Shown here: piece by piece, positions 44,840 through 53,149 of the stretch | Numbering within the stretch: the stretch's first letter is position 1 | Layout: the number at the start of each line of letters is the position of its first letter | Virus record (IMG/VR): IMGVR_UViG_3300010381_000012 | DNA from: a virus | DNA: 64,000 bases | Direction: 5' to 3' (one strand) | Made by a program: the position numbers and the translations under genes | The notes under the pieces: model-generated | The model's input: the letters and a program-made list of their open reading frames with translations, nothing else | The model's database searches: none | Told to the model about the DNA's origin: nothing

Positions 44840-44935
44840 GACTTCACCTTTTCGCGGGTCGGATAGGGCGCGCGCCTGACAAGCGGAATCCCCGGCCGCT
44901 TCCGGCCCGCAATAACGGGGGAAGGGGAAAACATC

Positions 44936-45729
44936 ATGGCTGACTGCTTTTTGCTCGAACCGGAAGAACGGACCATTCGCGTGGTCGAATACATGAAGGC
45001 CACCTGGACCGGAACGCCGCTCGAAACCAGCGAGGATCAGGCCCTCGAACGGAAGTTCCTGAAGTACAACGCGGCCACCGGCAACATGGTCATCGAGGAC
45101 CACGTTGGCCTGCTCAAGGAGCGCGCCCGCCGGACCATCACCAACTTCACCGGGCTTCCCGGAAAGGACGGCAAGGACATCCCGTTTTCGCCGGCGAACC
45201 TCGACCGCCTCTGCGAGATGCACGCCGGTCTCATCAACAAGGTTATGGCCGAGCTCCGCAAGCCCGACGCCCTCCTGGTCGAGGCCACCGAAAAAAACTC
45301 CTAGCCTGGGGACGCTGGAAAATATGGGGGCTGGATGGCGATCCATGCGAGGCGTGCCGCGACGTCTACGAGATGGACGACCTCCCGCCCCCCTGCGGCA
45401 CCCCGGAGTGCTCGAAGCCGGCCCCGCTTTTTCCCACCAACGCCATCCCATGGAAAATCTGGCAGACCGCACACCAGTTCGACCGGAAGACGCGGACCGA
45501 GTTCATGGTTTCACTGGCCGGGGCTCAATCCCTGGCCGTGCCGCTGCCCATCACGAGCGAGATTGTCGACCGGCTGCGCAGGGCCTACCGGGAGCCCGTG
45601 GAGACGTTGGAACGGGTGCTCAAGCTCGAAACTGAGGTGTACCCGCTGATTCTGGAGCGGTGGAAGCGAAACAAGGACAAGCCAGACGGGGGCGGGAGCG
45701 GGAATCCGTGGGGAGAGGAAGAAGGGTAA
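44936..45729 (+). CDS. Tail assembly chaperone G (44936-45304) and -1 frameshifted GT product
   Basis: Slippery A-AAA-AAC at 45292-45298; -1 frame open to 45729 (LAWGRWK..CEACRDVYE..PPPC). Confidence 0.85.
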
Positions 45730-45755
45730 GGGGCCGGCGAGAGTCGGCCCCTTTT
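45729..45755 (+). terminator. Intrinsic terminator ending head/tail transcript
   Basis: AGGGGCCGGC-GAGA-GTCGGCCCCT-TTT. Confidence 0.75.
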
Positions 45756-45762
45756 GCGTTTG

Positions 45763-46398
45763 TTAGAGTTTCGCGGCCAGCACCTTTCCTCTCTCTAAAA
45801 CCGTCTCATCCTCGACCGCCGCCAACCCAGCCCAGCCCAGAAATTGCGCCATGGTCACGCGCTCACCTTCCGGCAGCCGTGCATTGATGCGTGACAGACC
45901 TGCCGCCAGCATCCGCTTGACCTCAGGGGCTACGTGGATGCGCAAACGTCCCTCGCGATCGTCTTGACGGCGTTGCTTGTACCGATCCTGGGGCTGCCGG
46001 CGATCACCCTCGGCGACAGGCGGCGGAACATCCCGGAGGCGCGCCTGCTTCGCAATTTTCACGGGTTTTAACCCTTCCTTGCATGCCTTGACCTTGACCG
46101 CGCCGACGCTGCGCTTGAGCGAGGCAGCAATCTCCTCAACGGATTTCCCGCCCTCAATCATCTCCCGCATGCGCGGAAAATCCTGCGTCCACGACTTGCC
46201 AGCCGTCTTACTGTAGAGCGCGCCAGCATGGCGGTAGTGCTCGGCGTACCATTTTGCAGCCGCCACCGTAGACGTGTACCAATATCCGGCACGCTCTTCT
46301 CCGTCACATAGATTGTTTTTTATTGCCTGCACAAGAGTCGTTCGGTCAACGCCCATCCGCTTTGCTTCCTGTGCGGCCGAAATATCGTATTTTTGCAT
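45763..46398 (-). CDS. Double-HTH DNA-binding protein (Aca-like candidate)
   Basis: SAAQEAKRMGVDRTTLVQAIK and KSVEEIAASLKRSVGAVKVK; RBS GGGGTAGGGG. Confidence 0.7.
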   Translation of the reverse strand: MQKYDISAAQEAKRMGVDRTTLVQAIKNNLCDGEERAGYWYTSTVAAAKWYAEHYRHAGALYSKTAGKSWTQDFPRMREMIEGGKSVEEIAASLKRSVGAVKVKACKEGLKPVKIAKQARLRDVPPPVAEGDRRQPQDRYKQRRQDDREGRLRIHVAPEVKRMLAAGLSRINARLPEGERVTMAQFLGWAGLAAVEDETVLERGKVLAAKL

Positions 46399-46432
46399 CC
46401 CTACCCCAGCGCAGTAATTGCACCATAGTGGT

Positions 46433-46473
46433 GTTTCAATCCACGCTCCGCCATCTTCAGATGACGGGGCGAA
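46433..46473 (-). CRISPR. Solitary type I-C-like CRISPR repeat unit with extended stem (no array)
   Basis: TTCGCCCCGTCATCTGAAGATGGCGGAGCGTGGATTGAAAC versus recalled Desulfovibrio I-C repeat GTCGCCCCCCACGCGGGGGCGTGGATTGAAAC; last 14 nt identical. Confidence 0.7.
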
Positions 46474-46481
46474 GCATGACG

Positions 46482-46724
46482 TTATACCCTCACCCTGCAA
46501 ACAACGTCTCCGTTGGGGTAAACATCAAAAGCGCAAGGTGAATATTCGGAGTTTCTGTTCAAAAACCAATCCAATTCGGAAAGTCCGTCGTCGCCCGGTT
46601 CTTCTGAAAACGTCCTTCCGATGTTTATTTTTGCATACCACCCATCCATATTCCCATTGCCTTGCCATTCGAGCTGATACTTTACGTCGTCAAGCCATAT
46701 TGATTTTGGTAAACGGTGTATCAT
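46482..46724 (-). CDS. Small acidic protein (Acr candidate)
   Basis: 80 aa, D/E/W rich; GGGAG RBS. Confidence 0.65.
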   Translation of the reverse strand: MIHRLPKSIWLDDVKYQLEWQGNGNMDGWYAKINIGRTFSEEPGDDGLSELDWFLNRNSEYSPCAFDVYPNGDVVCRVRV

Positions 46725-46744
46725 TTCATTTCTCCCTTATTCCA

Positions 46745-47377
46745 CTAATCCCAATAGGCGCTCTCGGGCAGCCAGTTATCCAGTACGGCGCGGGCCTCGT
46801 CCTCGCTACCGCCCTCAGCCAATATCGCCACGGCCTTGGAGCCAGCGGAGGCCTTGTGGTGGTTGCTGGCGCAAGAGTAGCTTTCGGCCTTGAGGTAGAG
46901 AGCGGCGCGGGGGAACTGTGCGGCGAGGTCAGACGACGAGACGGCTGGTTTGGTAGGAGGGTTGACGCCGTCGTTGCCCTCGTCTTTCATCATGCGCTCA
47001 AATTCTTCCCGGTAGCGGGCCTCGTCCGCACGGGTGGCACGCAGTTTGGCAAGGCCAGGAACGGCCAGTTCGAGGGCGTCCTCGCGATGATTACGAGCCG
47101 CGATATAGTTGTCGCGGTATTCGGCCAAGGCCTCGTCAAAGGCAGGCTTGGCCCCGATGGCCATAACATACCCACCCCAAAAATAATCGACAGGGTCTTT
47201 TCCGGCCTTGCGGACCATGTCCACCGCGAACTTGGGGAGCGGGTAGTCCGATTTGAAATTCAGAGGGAAATCGAAATCCTGGGTCCTGCCGGCCTTAGAA
47301 ATTCGGGCCTTGCCAGCATCCGTATCAACCTCAATGGTTAGTCCAGCCAAGTCCCGGAAAATTTCGCGCATTGCCAT
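46745..47377 (-). CDS. Hypothetical protein, first gene of accessory operon 2
   Basis: AAGGAG RBS; 210 aa; strong coding bias. Confidence 0.8.
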   Translation of the reverse strand: MAMREIFRDLAGLTIEVDTDAGKARISKAGRTQDFDFPLNFKSDYPLPKFAVDMVRKAGKDPVDYFWGGYVMAIGAKPAFDEALAEYRDNYIAARNHREDALELAVPGLAKLRATRADEARYREEFERMMKDEGNDGVNPPTKPAVSSSDLAAQFPRAALYLKAESYSCASNHHKASAGSKAVAILAEGGSEDEARAVLDNWLPESAYWD

Positions 47378-47453
47378 TTTGGAGTCTCCTTTCGGGGCGT
47401 ATTCTCGCCCCGGTCAGGGTTTGCGGGCCGGGCCGCTTCCCGCCAGCAAGAAA

Positions 47454-47482
47454 AAACTAGCGCGTGTAGAAACTTTTTGCAA
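47454..47482 (-). promoter_or_regulatory. Leftward promoter of accessory operon 2
   Basis: TTGCAA-17-TAGTTT with T-rich upstream tract. Confidence 0.5.
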
Positions 47483-47581
47483 GAAAAATTTCAGTCCGCG
47501 CAAAAAAGTTTCGGTGCTCGCATTATGGCCTAAAAAAGGCCGCCCTCCCGAGCGGCCCATATCCTCTTATTCTCCCCTGCC

Positions 47582-47716
47582 CTACGCCGGCACCACCTCC
47601 GGGGCCGGGGCGGCGTCATCGCGCTTGCCGATCCGTTCCCGGGCGATTGCGCGGGCGATCTCAATTATTGCCATAGCCAGGGCCTTTGCCTCGTCGGTGT
47701 TGCGGGGGTTGCTCAT
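47582..47716 (-). CDS. Small hypothetical protein
   Basis: MSNPRNTDEAKALAMAIIEIARAIARERIG; GGAGG RBS; terminator-like hairpin follows near 47537-47556. Confidence 0.55.
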   Translation of the reverse strand: MSNPRNTDEAKALAMAIIEIARAIARERIGKRDDAAPAPEVVPA

Positions 47717-47720
47717 GGTC

Positions 47721-48695
47721 TTACCCCCTCCTCAGCAGCGAGTGAATGGCGACCAGACCGTCCATGGCCTCGAAAATGCACCGGTAGGCCGTGCGCATAT
47801 GCTCGTCAGCGATTTCAAACATAGCACGGTGCGGGCCCATGGCGTGGTCAAGGAACGTGGCCACGCCGGAACGGCGGTTTTCCCGGAAGGGGCGGAAAGC
47901 CTCGGCCTTAATGGTGTCCAGATCCTTACCGAGCCGTTCAAAGGCATCGGCGGCCCGAAAGGAAAGTCGGCGCCACATCTCGGAGCCTTCGGGCAGGCTC
48001 GGGTAGAACTTGATATAGTCCTGAATCGTGTTGGCCTTGGGCGCTTCGGGGAGCGACTTGGGCTGCTCACCGGCCGGAAGCGCCGTCCGCACCTCCATGG
48101 CCAGGATGTAGCTCACCACGTCCTGGTACGCGGCCTCGGGCAGGTCCTCATACTTGGCGACCTTGAACTTGTTCTTGAGGCGCGACCACGCCTCCTTAAA
48201 CGCCTTGGGACGCAGTTCCGAGGGGTAATGCGACACCTTGGCCGCGATCAGGTTTTGGATCGAAAGGCGGGAGGACGTGGAGATGGTGGTGGGAATGGCC
48301 GCCGGGGCCTGCTGGCGGGCAAGCTCGGCTTCCATGGCGTTGAAGGCTTCGATGTAGCGCAGCTTCCAGGCCATGGCCTCCTTGCCGGTGAAGCTCATCA
48401 CGATCAGGGCGAAGCCATCGCGGGTCATGAGGTAGGCGCGCTCCTGGCGGGTGCCACCCCGAGGATGGGGAAGTGCTACGGACACCTCCTCAAAATTGAG
48501 GGCACAGAAATTGCTTGGCAGATGATGGCACGTCTGTGTGATTGCCCTCATCACATTGTCGTGCCGCTTCTTGAAGTGTTCAGCGACGGCGACGGATGAA
48601 GCCCGGGGATGGCCGTTGACGAGAGACAGGATGGGCATTGCGCCCGGAAGACCATTGCCCGTCGAAACGGGTTCGGATAAAATAGCCTGAGCCAT
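47721..48695 (-). CDS. Rha-family antirepressor with ORF6C-like domain
   Basis: SSVAVAEHFKKRHDNVMRAI; YLMTRDGFALIVMSFTGKEAMAWKLRYIEAFNAME; FKVAKYEDLP. Confidence 0.92.
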   Translation of the reverse strand: MAQAILSEPVSTGNGLPGAMPILSLVNGHPRASSVAVAEHFKKRHDNVMRAITQTCHHLPSNFCALNFEEVSVALPHPRGGTRQERAYLMTRDGFALIVMSFTGKEAMAWKLRYIEAFNAMEAELARQQAPAAIPTTISTSSRLSIQNLIAAKVSHYPSELRPKAFKEAWSRLKNKFKVAKYEDLPEAAYQDVVSYILAMEVRTALPAGEQPKSLPEAPKANTIQDYIKFYPSLPEGSEMWRRLSFRAADAFERLGKDLDTIKAEAFRPFRENRRSGVATFLDHAMGPHRAMFEIADEHMRTAYRCIFEAMDGLVAIHSLLRRG

Positions 48696-48770
48696 GGTGC
48701 ACCTCCACGTAAGGTGTGCTGGGGTTAGGCCCTAGTCGAGCGTTGGCGCGCTCGGTTGGGGCCGTTTTCG

Positions 48771-48920
48771 TTACTGGGTTTCCTTGGAACGCTCCAATTT
48801 CTCCTTGACAGCTTCGATCATCCAGTCTTTTAGGGCCTTCCCCTCCTTAACGGCCGCAATCTTCGCCTGTCGGTGAAGCTCGGTCGGAAAGTTTTTCATG
48901 TTGAAAACCATCGTTTCCAT
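48771..48920 (-). CDS. Arc/RHH-type repressor (49 aa); absent from ORF track
   Basis: METMVFNMKNFPTELHRQAKIAAVKEGKALKDWMIEAVKEKL; palindrome GCTAAT-CAGC-ATTAGC upstream (48941-48956). Confidence 0.8.
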   Translation of the reverse strand: METMVFNMKNFPTELHRQAKIAAVKEGKALKDWMIEAVKEKLERSKETQ

Positions 48921-49090
48921 GTTTCCCCCTTGGGAATACTGCTAATCAGCATTAGCGGCATTGTCAACCCGGCCCGCGCGAAATTTTCATCATGTCAAGA
49001 AAAAAACCACTCGTCAGGGCTTGCTCTCTCATGCCGGCAGTTGGTATCGGTTTTTCGAAAATATCAAGAAATGACAAGGGGTCACAAGAA

Positions 49091-50398
49091 ATGACCAAGC
49101 ACACTCTCTTTATTCTATGTCAGATTTGTCTCTCATTTATTGGATGGAGCCAATGCGATGCTTTTGCCGCTCCCCCCGCGCCTGAATGGGTTTTACTTAT
49201 GAGCGGCAACCAGGGTGATCTTCTTTGCAATAAGGCTGGCATACAGGACGATGGAAGCTCTTTCAAAAGGATATTATGCAAGACAAATATCGACGATTCC
49301 AACAGGGCCATGCTTAAATATATTGATAGCGCCATAGATTTTTCTAGCGCATACGTTTCATATTCTGAAGTCGAATTCAACTGCCAAGAGCTAAAATATC
49401 ATCTTATTCAAGATTCAGTTTTTGGCCGTCCCAACAGATTATTATACAAGAGCACAAAACAATACCCTGTCGGCCAAGAATATGAAGGGTCGACGATGTA
49501 TAATGTGCTAAAAAGGATGTGCGAACTTTCAGGCCAACCACTTGGCGTTGCGCATACGGAGAGTCAGACATCAGGGGACGATCCGCTTGCCAAAGCCTTG
49601 GCCGACGCCAAAAAGAAGGCAAACCGAGTATCGCCAAGCAAGATAGAGTCAACAAAAATGCAAACTAAAAGGGAAGTTTTCAAGAAAAAGTGCTGCACAA
49701 ATTACGACGACATACACAATATCTTTATCGATTTTTCACGTTTTGAGCACTTACCAAAGAAAGATGAGTTTGAAACAACAGTTCAATATAACAAAAAAAT
49801 CGAAGACCTAAGAAATGAGGCCAAGAAGATAGAAGACAGATGCTATCTGTTTTTGCTGGATACCAAGGGGGGATGGTCGCGATACAACGCCGATGACGGT
49901 ACTATGGCTTTTGGCATCAACTACCCTGGGGCAATCTTATTAAAAACAGATGTAAGCGGCTCTGATTATATTGGAGAAAGTCCGTTGGGATTAACTAAAA
50001 ACATAAAGAAAATAATTGAAACAAAATACTCTGTTTCTTTTACAAATATAGAAAGCACATCATATACAAAAACAGACAAATATAATGGGTATATACCAAT
50101 AGGTAGCGTTTCTATCGAGACAGAGAAAGCTAAAGAGCTAAAAAATAGATACGCGGTAGCGATTCTAGCGAAGCCAGAGAAAACATATAGTGACGATGGG
50201 AAACAAATATACTTCAAACATGACTATTACAAAATATCTCCAACCATACAATCACCATATGACACTCAGTTCTTAAGCGAACAATTTAGCTCTAAACTTC
50301 TAGCGGCAATCGTGATAGACACTTCAAGCGGAAAAGTCCTTAAGTACAAATCGTTCGATGGCGACACAGGATGCATCAGCAATTATGAGATCAAATAA
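49091..50398 (+). CDS. AT-rich exported moron protein
   Basis: Signal-peptide-like MTKHTLFILCQICLSFIGWSQCDAFA; AT-rich codons. Confidence 0.8.
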   Translation: MTKHTLFILCQICLSFIGWSQCDAFAAPPAPEWVLLMSGNQGDLLCNKAGIQDDGSSFKRILCKTNIDDSNRAMLKYIDSAIDFSSAYVSYSEVEFNCQELKYHLIQDSVFGRPNRLLYKSTKQYPVGQEYEGSTMYNVLKRMCELSGQPLGVAHTESQTSGDDPLAKALADAKKKANRVSPSKIESTKMQTKREVFKKKCCTNYDDIHNIFIDFSRFEHLPKKDEFETTVQYNKKIEDLRNEAKKIEDRCYLFLLDTKGGWSRYNADDGTMAFGINYPGAILLKTDVSGSDYIGESPLGLTKNIKKIIETKYSVSFTNIESTSYTKTDKYNGYIPIGSVSIETEKAKELKNRYAVAILAKPEKTYSDDGKQIYFKHDYYKISPTIQSPYDTQFLSEQFSSKLLAAIVIDTSSGKVLKYKSFDGDTGCISNYEIK

Positions 50399-50512
50399 CG
50401 CCAATTAGCGTTGGCGCGCCTGCCCGCAAAAATTTTCCTCCGTGTCAAGAAAAAAGAAGGCCCTCGGATTTTTCGGGGGCCTAGGGCGGGTTGAACAGGG
50501 GGAAAGTCAATG

Positions 50513-50794
50513 CTATTTTGTAAGTAGCTTCACCAGGGCGGCAATGATGGCGGATTGGGCCACCAGCATGCCCGCCACCCACTTGATGAGGTCAGCCTTG
50601 GTTTCGGCCAGCTTGGTGTCAACGTCTGCCTTGAGCAAGGCGATGTCTTTTTGAACAAGCGCGATGTCGTGCTTGGTCGCCAAGTCTTTCCTGATGGCCT
50701 CGTCCTGGTTCTCGAACAGCTTGGCGATGACTTCGGCCGCTTCGGGGCCAACAGCCTTTTCCAGTTTTTTGGAATCGTCGAAAAGGAGCGTCAT
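50513..50794 (-). CDS. DUF1640/CCDC90-like coiled-coil membrane protein
   Basis: LATKHDI..KADLIKWVAGML. Confidence 0.85.
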   Translation of the reverse strand: MTLLFDDSKKLEKAVGPEAAEVIAKLFENQDEAIRKDLATKHDIALVQKDIALLKADVDTKLAETKADLIKWVAGMLVAQSAIIAALVKLLTK

Positions 50795-50825
50795 AGGGTT
50801 CCCATGGGGCTAGAGAGCGAGGAAG

Positions 50826-51233
50826 TCAAGGAATCCCCTGCGCGGCGTCTATTTTTTCGGCCCGCTGCTTGGCCAGATTGGCGCGCGCCCTTGGGAGGCG
50901 TTTGACTATATCTCTATAATGTGGGCTTTTGTCTTCATCAAGGCAATCAACACCTGGAGTCTTCCCTTTCAGTTTCATGTTTTCGTAATACATTCCCATA
51001 ATTCTTATATATAGTTCGCATATTTTTACCTCTAGCTCATAATTTTTAACCTTCTTTGCCAAGATAGCTACACGCCTAAAATTACCAGGAACTGGGAACT
51101 GTCCTTTTTTCTGGAAAAGCTCCATCTGCCTGCGACAGCACAACATCATTTCGTCTATGTTATGTTTATCTATTGATGTAAAAAATGATATGTGAACTCC
51201 ATTTATATAATTAAATATATCTTCTTCAGTCAT
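50826..51233 (-). CDS. AT-rich hypothetical moron protein
   Basis: 135 aa; follows 51236-51733. Confidence 0.65.
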   Translation of the reverse strand: MTEEDIFNYINGVHISFFTSIDKHNIDEMMLCCRRQMELFQKKGQFPVPGNFRRVAILAKKVKNYELEVKICELYIRIMGMYYENMKLKGKTPGVDCLDEDKSPHYRDIVKRLPRARANLAKQRAEKIDAAQGIP

Positions 51234-51235
51234 AG

Positions 51236-51733
51236 CTACTCCACCACAATCGACCGCACCACATACGGTCCCGGGTCCCTCTCCCTACCCATGACCAGTA
51301 CAAGGCGCTTCCCCTCAAATGTGACAGATTTTGTCACTTGTAGGCTGCCAGGAAGTTTTGGGTCTTTCTCGATATTTAGATTCACCATCGGGACAGTGAT
51401 GACCTTTAACGTATTATTAAAAAGCTGCCCAACGTAGATATTCCCAGTCGAGAACTGTAAGGAGTCAACAGAGCGTTCAGATATGCGTTGCCCTGCCTGG
51501 GAAGGCGAGGATGAATGATTCAATAAAGATGCAGAAGTGTTTATATCTTTCCCACAACTTTTTGTTATAATGCCAAAGGCTACCATCAAGAGAAATATTC
51601 CCAAGATAGCCAACCATCCTGTATTGCGGCTGGCTTTCTGTCCCAATTTGGCAATCGGCCGCCCACACCCCGGACACGCCTTCGCCTTGTCCGACACCTC
51701 CCGCCCGCACTCAGGACACTTGACAAGCGCCAT
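51236..51733 (-). CDS. Zinc-ribbon + TM protein
   Basis: MALVKCPECGREVSDKAKACPGCG; single TM. Confidence 0.85.
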   Translation of the reverse strand: MALVKCPECGREVSDKAKACPGCGRPIAKLGQKASRNTGWLAILGIFLLMVAFGIITKSCGKDINTSASLLNHSSSPSQAGQRISERSVDSLQFSTGNIYVGQLFNNTLKVITVPMVNLNIEKDPKLPGSLQVTKSVTFEGKRLVLVMGRERDPGPYVVRSIVVE

Positions 51734-51796
51734 ACAGCCCTCCCCTTTCGTGCCCCCGATACCAGCGGACAGGGCGCAAGGGCAAGCGGCAGGCTA

Positions 51797-51822
51797 CAAA
51801 AAAGCCCCGCGCGGGCGGGGCT
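51797..51822 (-). terminator. Terminator of TA operon
   Basis: AGCCCCGC-loop-GCGGGGCT with A-tract on plus strand. Confidence 0.7.
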
Positions 51823-51845
51823 GATGGGGCCAGGGGTGGGGTGTG

Positions 51846-52100
51846 CTACCGGTAAACTTCCTTTCTGTCGGCGACCTTTAAAACTTCGACAATAAGCTGC
51901 CTATCCTGGACGTCATACACAATCCGGTAGTTTCCGACGCGGATGCGAAGACCTTTTTTGTCCGTCAGTTTTTCAGAGCCATGGGGCCTGGGGTTATCGG
52001 CTAAGGAATCGATCGCCGCAGCAATCACAGGCTGTACGGAATGAGGGAGTTTGCGAAACTCTCGTTCCGCTCCAGGCTTAAATATTATTGTGTAGGGCAC
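51846..52100 (-). CDS. relE: RelE/ParE-family toxin
   Basis: LADNPRPHGSEKL..RIRVGNYRIVY..KVADRKEVYR. Confidence 0.93.
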   Translation of the reverse strand: MPYTIIFKPGAEREFRKLPHSVQPVIAAAIDSLADNPRPHGSEKLTDKKGLRIRVGNYRIVYDVQDRQLIVEVLKVADRKEVYR

Positions 52101-52522
52101 AAGCCAAGTTCAGCCTTGAGCTGTTCCCATGGGATGCTTGGGGCGTTGTCTTGCTCAGCCGCGATCATGTCACGGATATCTTCTGCATCTTCAGCAACCA
52201 AGCCCCACACGTCCGAAGCTTTAAGGAATTTTTCTCGGACAAGAGGGGTCAGAAGCCCAAAGCCATGGGCAAGAAGACGAAAATCTTTTTCAAGGCTCCG
52301 TGCGGTGTCGATCCTTTCAGACAAACACGGAGGAGACGATTCCGCGAGCGCAGGGCAACTGTGCAAGCACTCTCGCGCAGATTTCCCGACAGATATGGCT
52401 CGGCTTGCTACCGCAAACGCTTGGATTGCTATGCGCAGCCTTGGCCGGGGGACAAGGTCGGCGACCCATCTGGCGAGAGACTTGGCGTCACACTGGATCT
52501 CATCATGGGTAAGGGCTGTCAT
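52085..52522 (-). CDS. Putative antitoxin with long N-terminal extension
   Basis: C-terminal EDAEDIRD..IPWEQLKAELGL; overlaps toxin start. Confidence 0.7.
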   Translation of the reverse strand: MTALTHDEIQCDAKSLARWVADLVPRPRLRIAIQAFAVASRAISVGKSARECLHSCPALAESSPPCLSERIDTARSLEKDFRLLAHGFGLLTPLVREKFLKASDVWGLVAEDAEDIRDMIAAEQDNAPSIPWEQLKAELGLCPTQ

Positions 52523-52785
52523 ACGTTCATCCCTCACTCGTTATGCCGTTGGTAGCCATGGGACTATCCCTAACATCGGGAGGGCTCCTCTCGTCAACTC
52601 AAATAAGGCCCTTTTAAGAAAAATCAATCCGCAGGCCATTCCGCGTACTCCCCTACAGCCTGCCCTTATCCTCCAAATTCTCTTAGTTATTTAAATGCCT
52701 CGCGGCGGGCTAGGTCCCTCTCTCGCATCCCCATGATGGTCCATGCGCGGGCGTCTCTTCATCCTGGCTGAGCTTGGCCCGAAAA

Positions 52786-52830
52786 ATTCCCATCGCAGGG
52801 GCGGCGGATGTCCAGAGGGCCGGGCAGCAT
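52786..52830 (+). promoter_or_regulatory. Putative late promoter 3
   Basis: ATTCCCAT-N4-GGGGCGGCGGATGTCCA-N10-CAGCAT. Confidence 0.65.
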
Positions 52831-52855
52831 GGGGCAAACCGGGGAGGGAAAGTCA

Positions 52856-53128
52856 ATGGACATCACGCAGACGGTGCCGGAAGGCGTGGTCGGGATTGTC
52901 AGGTTGGACATGGTCAGGGTGGCCAAGTCCAAATACTCAAGCGAGATTGTTGGGATACAGCATGATTTCGCCTCTGGCCTCGAACGCCTCGACAAATCCA
53001 TTGATGTGCTCCATGCGCAAGGCCTCATGACCGAAGAAGTTGTATGCACGGTAAGATTAAGAGCGCTCAACGTTGACAGAGCCATTGTTGAACAGCTTAT
53101 CGACCAACTCGCGTCCGAAGAGATATAA
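52856..53128 (+). CDS. Hypothetical protein preceding tape measure
   Basis: GGAGGG RBS. Confidence 0.6.
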   Translation: MDITQTVPEGVVGIVRLDMVRVAKSKYSSEIVGIQHDFASGLERLDKSIDVLHAQGLMTEEVVCTVRLRALNVDRAIVEQLIDQLASEEI

Positions 53129-53149
53129 CGATCCTTGTAGGCTTCTACT

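Noticed and set aside
46340-46381. Degenerate second CRISPR repeat (GGGCGTTGACCGAAC) that would make a mini-array
   Set aside because: Lies in the HTH coding sequence, matches only 11/16, the spacer would be 51 nt, and the stem is not canonical.
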